18,056 bases of DNA from Candidatus Nanoarchaeia archaeon (GCA_035289665.1 DATDWO010000015.1:1-18056); one strand, 5' to 3'. Shown: positions 1 through 7,824, counted from the stretch's first letter. The notes: generated from the letters alone by a model not told the origin. A program made the numbers and translations.

Positions 1-575
1 ACTCGAAGAAATACTCACCCAAGCATACAAAGGCATCGTAGTCTGCGATGGCTGGAGAGCCTACGACTTCCTCAAAAATGCTAGCATCCAACGATGCTGG
101 GCACACCTCCTACGCAAAACGAAAGAACTCACCACCATACCAGGAACACACCTCCACGAAAAAATAACTAAACTCTTTGACGAAATCAAAGACTTCAACA
201 CCCAAGAAAAAACCGAAAAACAACGCCTAAAAAAATACGAACAAATGACCAAGAAACTCAAGAAACTAACCACATACTACGGCAAATACGAAGAATGTCT
301 TGCCGTCACCAAATACATCAACTTCCACCTCAACCAATGGCTCACCTGCATACGCCTACCAGGCGTACAACCCACGAACAACTACGCCGAACAAGCCATC
401 CGAGAAACCGTCCTCATACGCAAAATCATCGGAGCATTCCGCTCCGAAACCGGAACCCACATATACGAGACCTTAGCCAGCCTCTTCACCACATGGCAAA
501 TACAGAAAAAAGACCTCAAACAAGAACTCCACAGAATGCTAACAACAAACCTATGCTAAAAAGCTAAACAAATAC
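1..575 (+). mobile_element. Right-hand part of an IS66-family insertion sequence (left end lies outside the window)
   Basis: The transposase ORF runs off the left edge. Homology between the RelE-like gene here and its second copy (8574-8973) stops abruptly at about 575/576, which places the IS terminus there; the end reads GTATTTGTTTAGC on the minus strand. The left end and the target duplication cannot be seen. Confidence 0.7.
2..559 (+). CDS. IS66-family DDE transposase, C-terminal part (5' partial)
   Basis: Frame 2 is open from base 2: LEEILTQAYKGIVVCDGWRAYDF..QRCWAHLLRK..TNNYAEQAIRETVLIRKIIGAFRSETG. The DGW / CWAH..R / NxAE..R...RK..G..S..G pattern is typical of IS66-family transposases. 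The track ORF 245-559 is only the ATG-delimited tail of this frame. Confidence 0.85.
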   Translation, partial: LEEILTQAYKGIVVCDGWRAYDFLKNASIQRCWAHLLRKTKELTTIPGTHLHEKITKLFDEIKDFNTQEKTEKQRLKKYEQMTKKLKKLTTYYGKYEECLAVTKYINFHLNQWLTCIRLPGVQPTNNYAEQAIRETVLIRKIIGAFRSETGTHIYETLASLFTTWQIQKKDLKQELHRMLTTNLC

Positions 576-767
576 GATTAATCTAATATCCCCACCGAGA
601 TAACAACTCCAAAATCCTTCCCATTTACCTTTTAATTTATGCGCTTCTAAAGCCCTTCTTGGCTCTTGCTTTAGCTTTTCTAGTTTTTCTGCGATAGTAG
701 GTCTCGAATTCAACATTTTATAGAATTCTTTCTCAACCCTTTTTGTAAGCACTGCAATTTCATACAT
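564..767 (-). pseudogene. RelE/ParE-superfamily toxin homolog, 3'-truncated by the IS66 element (copy 1)
   Basis: The product MYEIAVLTKRVEKEF..EAHKLKGKWEGFWSCYLGGDIRLI parallels copy 2 up to codon I (base 576). It then reads VFV-stop inside IS sequence. The conserved C-terminal YEIDEEKMEIVVFSAGSHKVY seen in copy 2 is missing. Confidence 0.7.
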
Positions 768-984
768 TCAGACGCGTGACTTGCAATCTCTTTAAAAGAA
801 TGCTTTAGCAAAAATCGGAAAGCTTACGACTCAATTGCAAGCCTTTCGGAAAGGTTGTGGATCCTACAGAATTCACGAAAGAAACCCTTAAATAACTCCC
901 TCTGACGAGAGCGCCATTTATATAAATCAAGTCTCCTTCTTAGAGTCATGTGCAGCATATGGGCTTTAACGACAAACTGGTCTT

Positions 985-1389
985 CTAGTAATCTATTACT
1001 TTTACATCTTTTATTCTCTTAAACTCCTTATCAAACGTGGCGATCTGATCGATGTGAAGCACGTTCATGAATGCAAGACACAGGCAGTCTGTAAAACTCA
1101 GCTTGAATGCCTGATCGAACAATCTCCAAGTAATCTCGAAAACCATTTTGTTTGTATACGCCATTGCAATCTCTGAATTGAGAAGATAATGGCCGAATTC
1201 TCTTGCGACTTTGCGATTCACTCTCCTTTCCATGACCGCCATGGTTTCGCCAAATACACCATCAACCGTTATCGCCACGCCGTACTGCTTCGACCGTACA
1301 GCCTCCATAATCCTCTTAGCTTTATCATGATGCACATCCTCTGTGTTGGCATACGCACAGAACACGTTGGTATCAATTAGAATGCTCAT
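985..1389 (-). CDS. vapC: PIN-domain ribonuclease toxin (VapC-like)
   Basis: The N-terminus MSILIDTNVF carries the first PIN acidic residue, followed by conserved acidic positions (..GETMAVMERR.., ..FTDCLCLAF..). It overlaps the upstream small antitoxin ORF. I prefer the ATG at 1389 over the track start at 1404. Confidence 0.8.
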   Translation of the reverse strand: MSILIDTNVFCAYANTEDVHHDKAKRIMEAVRSKQYGVAITVDGVFGETMAVMERRVNRKVAREFGHYLLNSEIAMAYTNKMVFEITWRLFDQAFKLSFTDCLCLAFMNVLHIDQIATFDKEFKRIKDVKVIDY

Positions 1390-1612
1390 TGTAGAGAATC
1401 TCATCTATTTCTTCGCTGACATGCTCAGTCCCTTTCCCCCAACTTCGCGGCTTAAAGTCTAAAATACTCAACTTGGGCTTCTTCTCCCTGCTTTCGAGCC
1501 AGAACTGCATCGCCCAAGTCAATGCTTTACCCACTTTAAGGCCCTCCCTCACAGACTCAGCCTTGAATTCTCGAAACACCTGTTCGTCCACTTCTTTCAC
1601 ACTTAACTGCAT
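1373..1612 (-). CDS. vapB: VapB-like antitoxin
   Basis: A 79-aa ORF sits directly upstream of, and overlaps, the PIN gene. The N-terminal VDEQVFREFKAESVREGLKVGKALTWAMQFWL looks like a DNA-binding antitoxin fold. The assignment rests mainly on gene order. Confidence 0.6.
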   Translation of the reverse strand: MQLSVKEVDEQVFREFKAESVREGLKVGKALTWAMQFWLESREKKPKLSILDFKPRSWGKGTEHVSEEIDEILYNEHSN

Positions 1613-1678
1613 ATTTCCACCAAAGTAGGATTAGTATTACTTGTATTTAAAGTTTTTCTTTTTTAAGGTGGAATTCTT

Positions 1679-1684
1679 TTTAAA
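1679..1684 (+). promoter_or_regulatory. TATA-like box (TTTAAA) for asnB paralog 1
   Basis: TTTAAA lies 22 nt upstream of the ATG at 1707. The same spacing recurs at 11 other genes in the window. Confidence 0.5.
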
Positions 1685-1706
1685 CCAACCCTTCTTCTAT
1701 TCCCTC

Positions 1707-3545
1707 ATGTGCGGCATTGTAGGCTTTAACTGGAACGATGAGAAACTCGCCAAAAAGATGGCTGACTTGATTCAGCATCGGGGGCCGGATGATGAGGGGT
1801 TTTACTCAGATGAACACATCAGCCTAGGCAACCGAAGACTTGCTATCATTGACCTGAAAACTGGGAAGCAGCCCATCTACAGCAAAGACAACAACCTAGT
1901 GATTACCTACAACGGGGAGGTTTACAACTTCCCTGAACTCAAAACCAAACTGGAACGCAAAGGACATATTTTTTACACCCATACTGACACCGAAGTTATC
2001 CTACACCTATACCAACAATATGGCAAACAATGCGTCAAAATGCTCAATGGGATGTTCACCTTTGCCATTTGGGACTACAAGAAAAAAGAACTGTTTATTG
2101 CACGGGACCGCATGGGCGTTAAACCCCTGTACTATTACTGGAAGAATGGAAAATTCATCTTTGCCAGCGAAATCAAAGCGATCTTGGCTCACTCCTTTAT
2201 TCACCGCATCCCTAACCCTGAAGCCCTCTCTGAATACCTAACTTTTGAAAACATCCTAGACAACAAAACCTTTTTTCAAGATATTAAGATATTGCTTCCA
2301 GGCCATTACCTGCGGTTGAAAGATAAAAAACTTATACATGGCAAGTACTGGGACGTCACATTTAAGTATAAAAAAAGGAGCCACGAACAAACCCTAAACG
2401 AGTTCCGACGCATTTTGAGAGAAAGCGTCAAACGACATATGATCAGCGACGTACCCTTAGGCTGCTATTTGAGCGGAGGATTTGACAGCGCGACCGTTAC
2501 AACTACTGCGAGTGAACTTGTCAAAGACCACGTCGAGACTTTTACTGGAGCGTTTGACATCAGCGGTAAGTACGATGAACGAACCGGTTCTAGAGCCGTG
2601 GCCAAGAAAACCCATGCAAGCATGCATGAAGTGGTCATTCAGAAAGAAGACTTTGAAAAGAATATGGAAAAAATCGTTTACCACCTGGACGAACCTCGCG
2701 TAGGGATTCCAACGTTTTCCCAATATCATGTCTCCAAACTTGTTAGCGAACATGTTAAAGTTGTCTTGACCGGGCATGGCGGCGATGAATTATTTGCGGG
2801 ATACGCCGTGTTTAAAGCATTGCACCATCGGGAGCAATTGAAGAAAAGCAAAAAACACTTGGTTAAACTGTTCAAAGACCTTCTTGTTGGAAAAAACAGG
2901 TTGAATATGCTCTATTACTTACTCATGCCCTACCTGAACTCTGAAGTGCAGTATGGATTGATCATTGTCTTCAGCGAAAAAGAAAAGAAAAACCTCCTCA
3001 CCCATGAGTTTTTGAAAAAAACCAAGTTTTCCTCTGACCAAGCAATTGCGGCCGTACTTAAAGGGAAAAAATTCACAGACAGCGAACGCCTTCAATACCT
3101 GTACTTGAAAACCTATCTGCCCAGCCTCTTTGTTGTTGAAGACAAAGTTGGCATGGCACATAGCATTGAAGCTCGCGTACCCTTATGCGACAATGAAATG
3201 GTGGAATTTGCACTGAGCATTCCCCTTGAGCAAAAGCTACATCACGGGCAGCTTAAATCCATCATCAAAGAAGCTATGCGAGGAAAACTCCCCGACGTAC
3301 TGTATCATCAAGAGAAGAAAGGCTTCCCCACCCCTCTAGGACCTTGGCTCGAGAAAGACTTGAAACAGTATTTTAAAAAAGTGTTGTTGTCCAAGAAGTG
3401 CCTGCAACGCAAGATCTTCAATGAAGACTACATTCGAAAATTGGTTGAGAAAAGCGACTTTCTTTCCTGCAATAAATTGTGGTGCTTGCTGAATGTGGAG
3501 CTTTGGTTTAGAGTATTCATTGACAAAGAGACGAGGTGGGTGTGA
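1707..3545 (+). CDS. asnB: Asparagine synthase (glutamine-hydrolysing)-type amidotransferase, paralog 1
   Basis: It starts MCGIVGF, giving the obligatory N-terminal Cys of class II (Ntn) glutamine amidotransferases, so the start is 1707 and not the track's 1641. It has RDRMGVKPLYY and FASEIKAIL, the PP-loop SGGFDS, and a C-terminal synthetase domain. Confidence 0.9.
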   Translation: MCGIVGFNWNDEKLAKKMADLIQHRGPDDEGFYSDEHISLGNRRLAIIDLKTGKQPIYSKDNNLVITYNGEVYNFPELKTKLERKGHIFYTHTDTEVILHLYQQYGKQCVKMLNGMFTFAIWDYKKKELFIARDRMGVKPLYYYWKNGKFIFASEIKAILAHSFIHRIPNPEALSEYLTFENILDNKTFFQDIKILLPGHYLRLKDKKLIHGKYWDVTFKYKKRSHEQTLNEFRRILRESVKRHMISDVPLGCYLSGGFDSATVTTTASELVKDHVETFTGAFDISGKYDERTGSRAVAKKTHASMHEVVIQKEDFEKNMEKIVYHLDEPRVGIPTFSQYHVSKLVSEHVKVVLTGHGGDELFAGYAVFKALHHREQLKKSKKHLVKLFKDLLVGKNRLNMLYYLLMPYLNSEVQYGLIIVFSEKEKKNLLTHEFLKKTKFSSDQAIAAVLKGKKFTDSERLQYLYLKTYLPSLFVVEDKVGMAHSIEARVPLCDNEMVEFALSIPLEQKLHHGQLKSIIKEAMRGKLPDVLYHQEKKGFPTPLGPWLEKDLKQYFKKVLLSKKCLQRKIFNEDYIRKLVEKSDFLSCNKLWCLLNVELWFRVFIDKETRWV

Positions 3546-4389
3546 ACTTCATCTGATATTCTTTTCTTCTTATCGTTCGTATCTCAAGCTCTTTTGTTAT
3601 TTCTCCCTTCAGCCGCTGACAAGGCCTATACGTGTTTCCATGAGCGGCATAGGCATTCCATCCTTGAAAAACGTCCAGTACCATTTGATGGTCTACTTCT
3701 TTATGTTCGCAGCTTTCGAATAAATGACGGCACTTTTCCATTATCTTTCTTATGTTTCTTTGCCGTACTCGTTTGTAGTGATAGAATATACGGAATCCTA
3801 GAAGCGTTGTTCCTCTTTCCAACGGAATAATTTTGCACTTTGTAGGATGTAACTCTAGCTTAAGAGTATGCAGAAACTGGCTGACTCTTTGCTCATACTC
3901 CTGCAGCCTGACTCTGTTGTGGCGTAAAATAATGAAGTCATCTACATAGCGGATGTAGTACCTGGCTTTCAATTTATGTTTAACAAATTGATCTAATTCG
4001 TTCAAGTATATGTTAGCGAAGAACTGGCTGGTCCAGTTACCTAAAGGCATACCCTTGCCAGAAGTTCCTGTGTGATGATTGGCTAATATTTTTTGGATGA
4101 GCCATAAGATGTCTTCACCTTTAATCCTTCTCCTTATAATGCCTAACAAGACCTCATGGTCTATGGTGTCAAAATAGTGTTTGATGTCTGCTTTAAAAGC
4201 AAATCCTATGATTTGATTGTTATTTCTAGCATTGAAGACTAGACGCCCATTTTTACTCACCTTGTGAAGAAAACGATCAAATCGCTTTAATGCCGGCAAG
4301 TTTCCTTTGCCTTTTCGGCTGGCATAACTATCGTAGATAAACGTGGGTTCGAAAATAAGTTGTAAGATGTTTATAAGAGCATGATGCAC
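3517..4389 (-). CDS. Reverse transcriptase, DGR-clade motifs, N-terminally truncated (probable remnant)
   Basis: RT motifs are present in order: SYASRKGKG, ADIKHYFDTIDH, GMPLGNWTSQFFANIYLN (the [ILV]GxxxSQ form typical of DGR RTs rather than the QGxxxSP of group II introns), YIRYVDDFII, LELHPTKCKI, LLGFRI and a C-terminal HGNTYR. The ORF begins at a GTG inside the conserved (R)AVHHAL block, with an in-frame TGA at 4399-4401. The roughly 60-75 aa that normally precede this block are absent. Confidence 0.8.
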   Translation of the reverse strand: MHHALINILQLIFEPTFIYDSYASRKGKGNLPALKRFDRFLHKVSKNGRLVFNARNNNQIIGFAFKADIKHYFDTIDHEVLLGIIRRRIKGEDILWLIQKILANHHTGTSGKGMPLGNWTSQFFANIYLNELDQFVKHKLKARYYIRYVDDFIILRHNRVRLQEYEQRVSQFLHTLKLELHPTKCKIIPLERGTTLLGFRIFYHYKRVRQRNIRKIMEKCRHLFESCEHKEVDHQMVLDVFQGWNAYAAHGNTYRPCQRLKGEITKELEIRTIRRKEYQMKFTPTSSLCQ

Positions 4390-4512
4390 CGCCCTGCTTC
4401 ATAACTGCACGGAAATAGCGAGCTATGATGCTGACTTTGACGGACTGGAGATCAAAAGGATTACCTAGTGCTACATCCCTTACAAAAAAATGCGATCCAG
4501 AGAATCGAAACC

Positions 4513-4555
4513 TTTATATATTTACTAATATTTACTAATAGTAAATGGAGATTGT
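4513..4555 (+). promoter_or_regulatory. TATA box plus tandem/inverted repeat (candidate operator) at the start of the PIN-UPF0175 operon
   Basis: TTTATATA (4513-4520) is followed by an exact tandem TTTACTAATA x2 (4521-4540). The second unit forms the palindrome TTTACTA-A-TAGTAAA, which runs into the ATG at 4545. Confidence 0.4.
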
Positions 4556-5039
4556 TATGGATAGCAGTTCAGTGATATTACTCGCGAAAACTACCACATT
4601 GGAAACGGCGATGAGAAAACACCAAATTGAGATAACAAACGAGGTGTTAAGCGAGATCATGCAAGGTAAAAAATTCATGTGTGAAGATGCCTTATTAGTG
4701 CAAAGATTGAACGAAAGCGGAACAATTAAAATCGCCAATCACAATGAGAAACTGACTCATAAATTAATGCAAAACTTTGGTATTGAAATCGGAGAAGCAA
4801 GCACTATCTCTGCAGCTATTGAGAAGAATAAAATCGTAGCCACAGATGACCGGCAAGGAAGAAAAACTGCGAAAATAAACGGATTGAAAGTCACCGGATC
4901 GATAGGTATCATAATCGGTTTATTCAAGGATAAAAAGATAAAATATGAGAAAGCAATGAGCGCATTAAATACTCTTACTAGAGAAGGGTATTTTAATCCT
5001 TACTTGATAGAAAAAGCAAAAGAGGAAATAACAAAATGA
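4545..5039 (+). CDS. PIN-like nucleic-acid-binding protein (DUF3368/COG2405-like)
   Basis: MDSSSVILLAK..EITNEVLSEI..IGEASTISAAIEKN..VATDDRQGRKTAKINGLKVTGSIGII matches the D/E/D/D layout and the G-[ST]-x-G-[IVL] tail of the DUF3368 PIN-like family. Confidence 0.75.
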   Translation: MEIVMDSSSVILLAKTTTLETAMRKHQIEITNEVLSEIMQGKKFMCEDALLVQRLNESGTIKIANHNEKLTHKLMQNFGIEIGEASTISAAIEKNKIVATDDRQGRKTAKINGLKVTGSIGIIIGLFKDKKIKYEKAMSALNTLTREGYFNPYLIEKAKEEITK

Positions 5040-5341
5040 GCGAAACACGACATGTAGGAGCCAACCTTTCAGAAGACGTGGTAGGCATGATTGAATCCAC
5101 CGCAAAAGAGTCTGGAGTAACTAAGACCGAAGCACTAAAAGAACTTGTAATTGCAGGCAGAAAAACAATACTTCTAGACAGATATTTGCAAAAGTATGCA
5201 AACGGTGAATGCGATATCGGAACAATAGCCAAGAAAACAGGCCTACCTTACACTAAAGTTATGGATGAATTAAGTAAAGCAGGCATACCCTTAAACAACA
5301 TGACCCTTGAAGAATTAAAAGAAGAAATCGCTCTGCTATAG
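5036..5341 (+). CDS. UPF0175-like (RHH/HTH) putative antitoxin partner
   Basis: It is translationally coupled through an ATGA start/stop overlap. The C-terminal half, LQKYANGECDIGTIAKKTGLPYTKVMDELSKAGIPL, resembles the UPF0175 helix-turn-helix that normally pairs with DUF3368 proteins. Confidence 0.6.
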   Translation: MSETRHVGANLSEDVVGMIESTAKESGVTKTEALKELVIAGRKTILLDRYLQKYANGECDIGTIAKKTGLPYTKVMDELSKAGIPLNNMTLEELKEEIALL

Positions 5342-5385
5342 CTAATGACGTAATTTGTCAAAAACAGTCAATAACGTTATAATAG

Positions 5386-5428
5386 CGAATCTCGCAATAA
5401 GTTCATAAATTAACGAGATTCGCTATAA
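5386..5428. repeat. Solo 43-nt palindromic unit of the TAGCGAATCTC element family, flanked by TAA/TAA
   Basis: The unit is TAGCGAATCTCG-CAATAAGTTCATAAATTAA-CGAGATTCGCTA. Its 12-nt arms are perfectly complementary and TAA lies on both sides. The termini are the same as the left unit of the element at 8668-8806. Confidence 0.75.
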
Positions 5429-5443
5429 GAGCACGATCAAACC

Positions 5444-6610
5444 ATGAAAATCCTCTACTTTAGCCAAGAATGGCCCTGCCCAGGACATGAAACCATGGGC
5501 CTCTTCATCCAAGACTCAGTCGAAGCCATGGCTCAGAAAGAAAAGGTGGAAGTGGTTTCACCCAAGGCCAAAGTTTTACCTTACACCTGGTTTCCGCACC
5601 ATGAATTTTCGGCGCTGCCTGAAAAAGAGGAAGGCAAAGGATACACGATTCACTACCCTCGCTATTTTTACCCCGTCCCAAAAAAACTTTTCTATACTTT
5701 GACTCCGACCTTTTATGCAAAAAGTGTAACGAAGTACGTACTTCAACACATCCAAAAACCAGATTTAATTCATTGCCACAACCCCTACCCGGACGGACCA
5801 GGTGTGTTGCCACTTGTGGAGTATTGGAAAGTTCCCTTTGTGATGCACCTGCGCGGCAGCATGGATTATTACTTAGATTACGCGAGCATGCAACGACTGT
5901 TGAGTGCACTCCACAAAGCAAACGCCATCATTGCGGTTAGTGAAAAAGATAAAGAGATCTTTACCCGAAAAGGCATCCATCCCGACAAGATTCAGGTCAT
6001 TCCGAATGGGGTTGATATGGAACTGTTCAAACCAAGGCCGAAAGCACCTCTACGAAAGAAACTTAAACTCCCTTCTGGAAAGATCATCTTATTTGTTGGA
6101 AGCCTGGTTCCTGTCAAAGGCCTCGATGACTTTGTTCATGCTGTGAAAAATCTGGACGCCACCCTTATCATTGTAGGAGATGGACCCCTGCGCAAAGACC
6201 TACACGAAAAACTTCCCCATGCCTATTTTAAAGGGATGTTAAGTCGTGAGAAGACGGCCGAATACATGAGTGCAGCGGATATTATGATCATTAGCAGCCA
6301 CAGCGAAGGACGGCCGAATACACTCTATGAAGCGCTTGCCAGCGAGCTGCCAGTGATTGCAACGGAAGTAGGCGGGATTCCTGAACTGATTAAAAATGGC
6401 GAGAATGGAATATTGGTACCGCCCAAAAGTCCCTTGATGCTCCGCGATATGGTCAAAGAACTATTAAAAAACGACCAACTTCTCAAAAGAATAAGCTCTC
6501 AAGGAAGGAAAACCATTGAGACACATAAGTTGACCTGGGAAGAACATGCACGGCGATTGATTGAGGTGTATAAGAAAGCGTTGAAGAAAAAACCTGCAAA
6601 AACCATATAA
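5444..6610 (+). CDS. Glycosyltransferase family 4 (GT-B fold)
   Basis: The C-terminal domain has the E-x7-E region SHSEGRPNTLYEALASELPVIATEVGGIPELIKNGENGILVPP. The length and layout are typical of GT4. Confidence 0.9.
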   Translation: MKILYFSQEWPCPGHETMGLFIQDSVEAMAQKEKVEVVSPKAKVLPYTWFPHHEFSALPEKEEGKGYTIHYPRYFYPVPKKLFYTLTPTFYAKSVTKYVLQHIQKPDLIHCHNPYPDGPGVLPLVEYWKVPFVMHLRGSMDYYLDYASMQRLLSALHKANAIIAVSEKDKEIFTRKGIHPDKIQVIPNGVDMELFKPRPKAPLRKKLKLPSGKIILFVGSLVPVKGLDDFVHAVKNLDATLIIVGDGPLRKDLHEKLPHAYFKGMLSREKTAEYMSAADIMIISSHSEGRPNTLYEALASELPVIATEVGGIPELIKNGENGILVPPKSPLMLRDMVKELLKNDQLLKRISSQGRKTIETHKLTWEEHARRLIEVYKKALKKKPAKTI

Positions 6611-6625
6611 ACTCCGCTTCTTCTC

Positions 6626-6721
6626 CATATATAGATAACTGCGTAGCTTATGCTACTCTATTGTACGCAGCTATCTATATGTGAACTGCGCTAATCATGT
6701 TCTCTAAGTCGCGCAGTTCAC
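6626..6721. repeat. Two adjacent REP-like hairpins sharing an AACTGCG/CGCAGTT core
   Basis: Hairpin 1 pairs ATATAGATAACTGCGTA (6629-6645) with TACGCAGCTATCTATAT (6664-6680), 16 of 17 positions, with an 18-nt loop. Hairpin 2 pairs GTGAACTGCGC (6681-6691) with GCGCAGTTCAC (6711-6721), 11 of 11, with a 19-nt loop. Confidence 0.7.
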
Positions 6722-6729
6722 TATATTAA

Positions 6730-7824
6730 ATGAAAAAGTTTGTTTGGGTTGCCTTTATCCTTGCTCTTCTTCTAGGTTGTAGCAACGAAAAAATAACTGA
6801 GAATACTATCAACATCGGGGCAGTACTACCTCTTACTGGGAGTGCAGCAGTGTATGGACAGAATGCCCAGCATGGGATTGATTTGGCTGTGAAAGAAATC
6901 AATGTTGCTGGCGGCATCAATGGTAAGCCCATCCGAGTGATCTATGAGGATGATGGCACTGAGGCAGTCAAAAGCGTTACGGCCATTCAGAAACTTATTG
7001 ATATAGACGGTGTTCATGTTATCATCGGCGGCGTATGGGACTTCTTAGCCAATGCGGACATTCCAGTTATAGACCAGCAAAAAGTGCTCCTCCTATCCCC
7101 TTCCGCATTGCCCGATACAGTTACTCAAACCAGCTCTTACTTCTTCGTCTTCCACAGCCCTGTTGCTAGCAACCAAGTTGTATTTGAGAAATGGCTCAAA
7201 CTGCTTCCTAGCAAAAGAGTCGGAGCTATTGTCATCAGCAACCCCTGGGGCCTCGCCCATCTAGATACGTTCAAAAAAGCTGTTCAAGCTACTGGCGCTA
7301 CTTTGATCGAGGAAAGAATCCTTCCTAATTTCGACAATAACGACATCTCAACCGAACTTACTAAGTTCCAAAGCGAAAACCTCGATGGCCTATTTGCAGC
7401 CATTAATTTTAACGACTTCCTCATGCTAGACCGAAAACGAAAAGAACTCGATTTTCAAAGCTCCCTTTTAGCCCATGAAAACTTTGCCGATCACGTTAAA
7501 TCCGGACGATTGGATGCTTCGAATGCCGAAGGCGTCTACGTGTTTGGATTCAGCGAGCCTACCCCTGAATTTGTGACTAAATTCATCAACGCTTATGGAG
7601 AGTCTCCTGTCTTCGTCGGAGACATTGCTTACGATATCGTCTATGCCCTTAAAATGGCTATGGAAGGTTCCGGAGAAAATACGGATCAAATTATTCAGGT
7701 ACTGCAAAAAATAGACTTTCAAGGCGCCTCCGGACGCATCTATCTAGGTGACAAAAATTATCCTCTCAACAAAAAACCTATTCTGGAAAAAATTGTAAAT
7801 GGAAAATTCATAACTGTTTATTAA
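6730..7824 (+). CDS. ABC-transporter solute-binding lipoprotein, LivJ/branched-chain amino acid type (no permease or ATPase genes adjacent)
   Basis: It has a signal peptide with a lipobox (ALLLGCSN). IGAVLPLTGSAAVYGQNAQHGIDLAVKEINVAGGINGKPIRVIYEDD is the classic N-terminal signature of type I periplasmic-binding proteins. Confidence 0.85.
   Translation: MKKFVWVAFILALLLGCSNEKITENTINIGAVLPLTGSAAVYGQNAQHGIDLAVKEINVAGGINGKPIRVIYEDDGTEAVKSVTAIQKLIDIDGVHVIIGGVWDFLANADIPVIDQQKVLLLSPSALPDTVTQTSSYFFVFHSPVASNQVVFEKWLKLLPSKRVGAIVISNPWGLAHLDTFKKAVQATGATLIEERILPNFDNNDISTELTKFQSENLDGLFAAINFNDFLMLDRKRKELDFQSSLLAHENFADHVKSGRLDASNAEGVYVFGFSEPTPEFVTKFINAYGESPVFVGDIAYDIVYALKMAMEGSGENTDQIIQVLQKIDFQGASGRIYLGDKNYPLNKKPILEKIVNGKFITVY

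Noticed and set aside
295-567. A 90-aa alternative-frame ORF, and the 70-aa antisense ORF (61-273), inside the IS66 transposase
   Set aside because: Both have a low-complexity Pro/His/Thr/Arg-rich product. They are explained by the A+C-skewed composition, which depletes stop codons. The transposase frame carries the recognisable motifs.
824-958. A 44-codon minus-strand ORF upstream of RelE-like copy 1, considered as a possible antitoxin
   Set aside because: The product is Arg-rich with no antitoxin-like fold. The RelE promoter separates it from the toxin, and it is not conserved upstream of copy 2.
2098-2183. The near-identical asnB patch (with 10284-10369) considered as a DGR template/variable repeat pair for the nearby RT
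   Set aside because: The three mismatches are C/A, C/T and G/C, so they are not confined to adenines of one copy. Both copies lie in a conserved catalytic segment, not at a C-terminal variable region. Gene conversion explains the patch better.
1707-3545. The AsnB paralogs considered as lasso-peptide cyclases or RiPP enzymes
   Set aside because: I could find no precursor-peptide ORF, no transglutaminase-like leader peptidase and no RiPP recognition element gene in the flanking intergenic regions.
3493-3830. Plus-strand ORFs 3493-3723 and 3594-3830, opposite the RT
   Set aside because: They are antisense to an ORF with a complete ordered set of RT motifs, and their products are hydrophobic, low-complexity sequences.
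4499-4512. GGTTTCGATTCTC on the minus strand, resembling the tRNA T-loop region, considered as a possible att-site duplicate
   Set aside because: Only about 9-10 nt match and the similarity does not extend into the acceptor arm. A match of that length is expected by chance in a window of this size.
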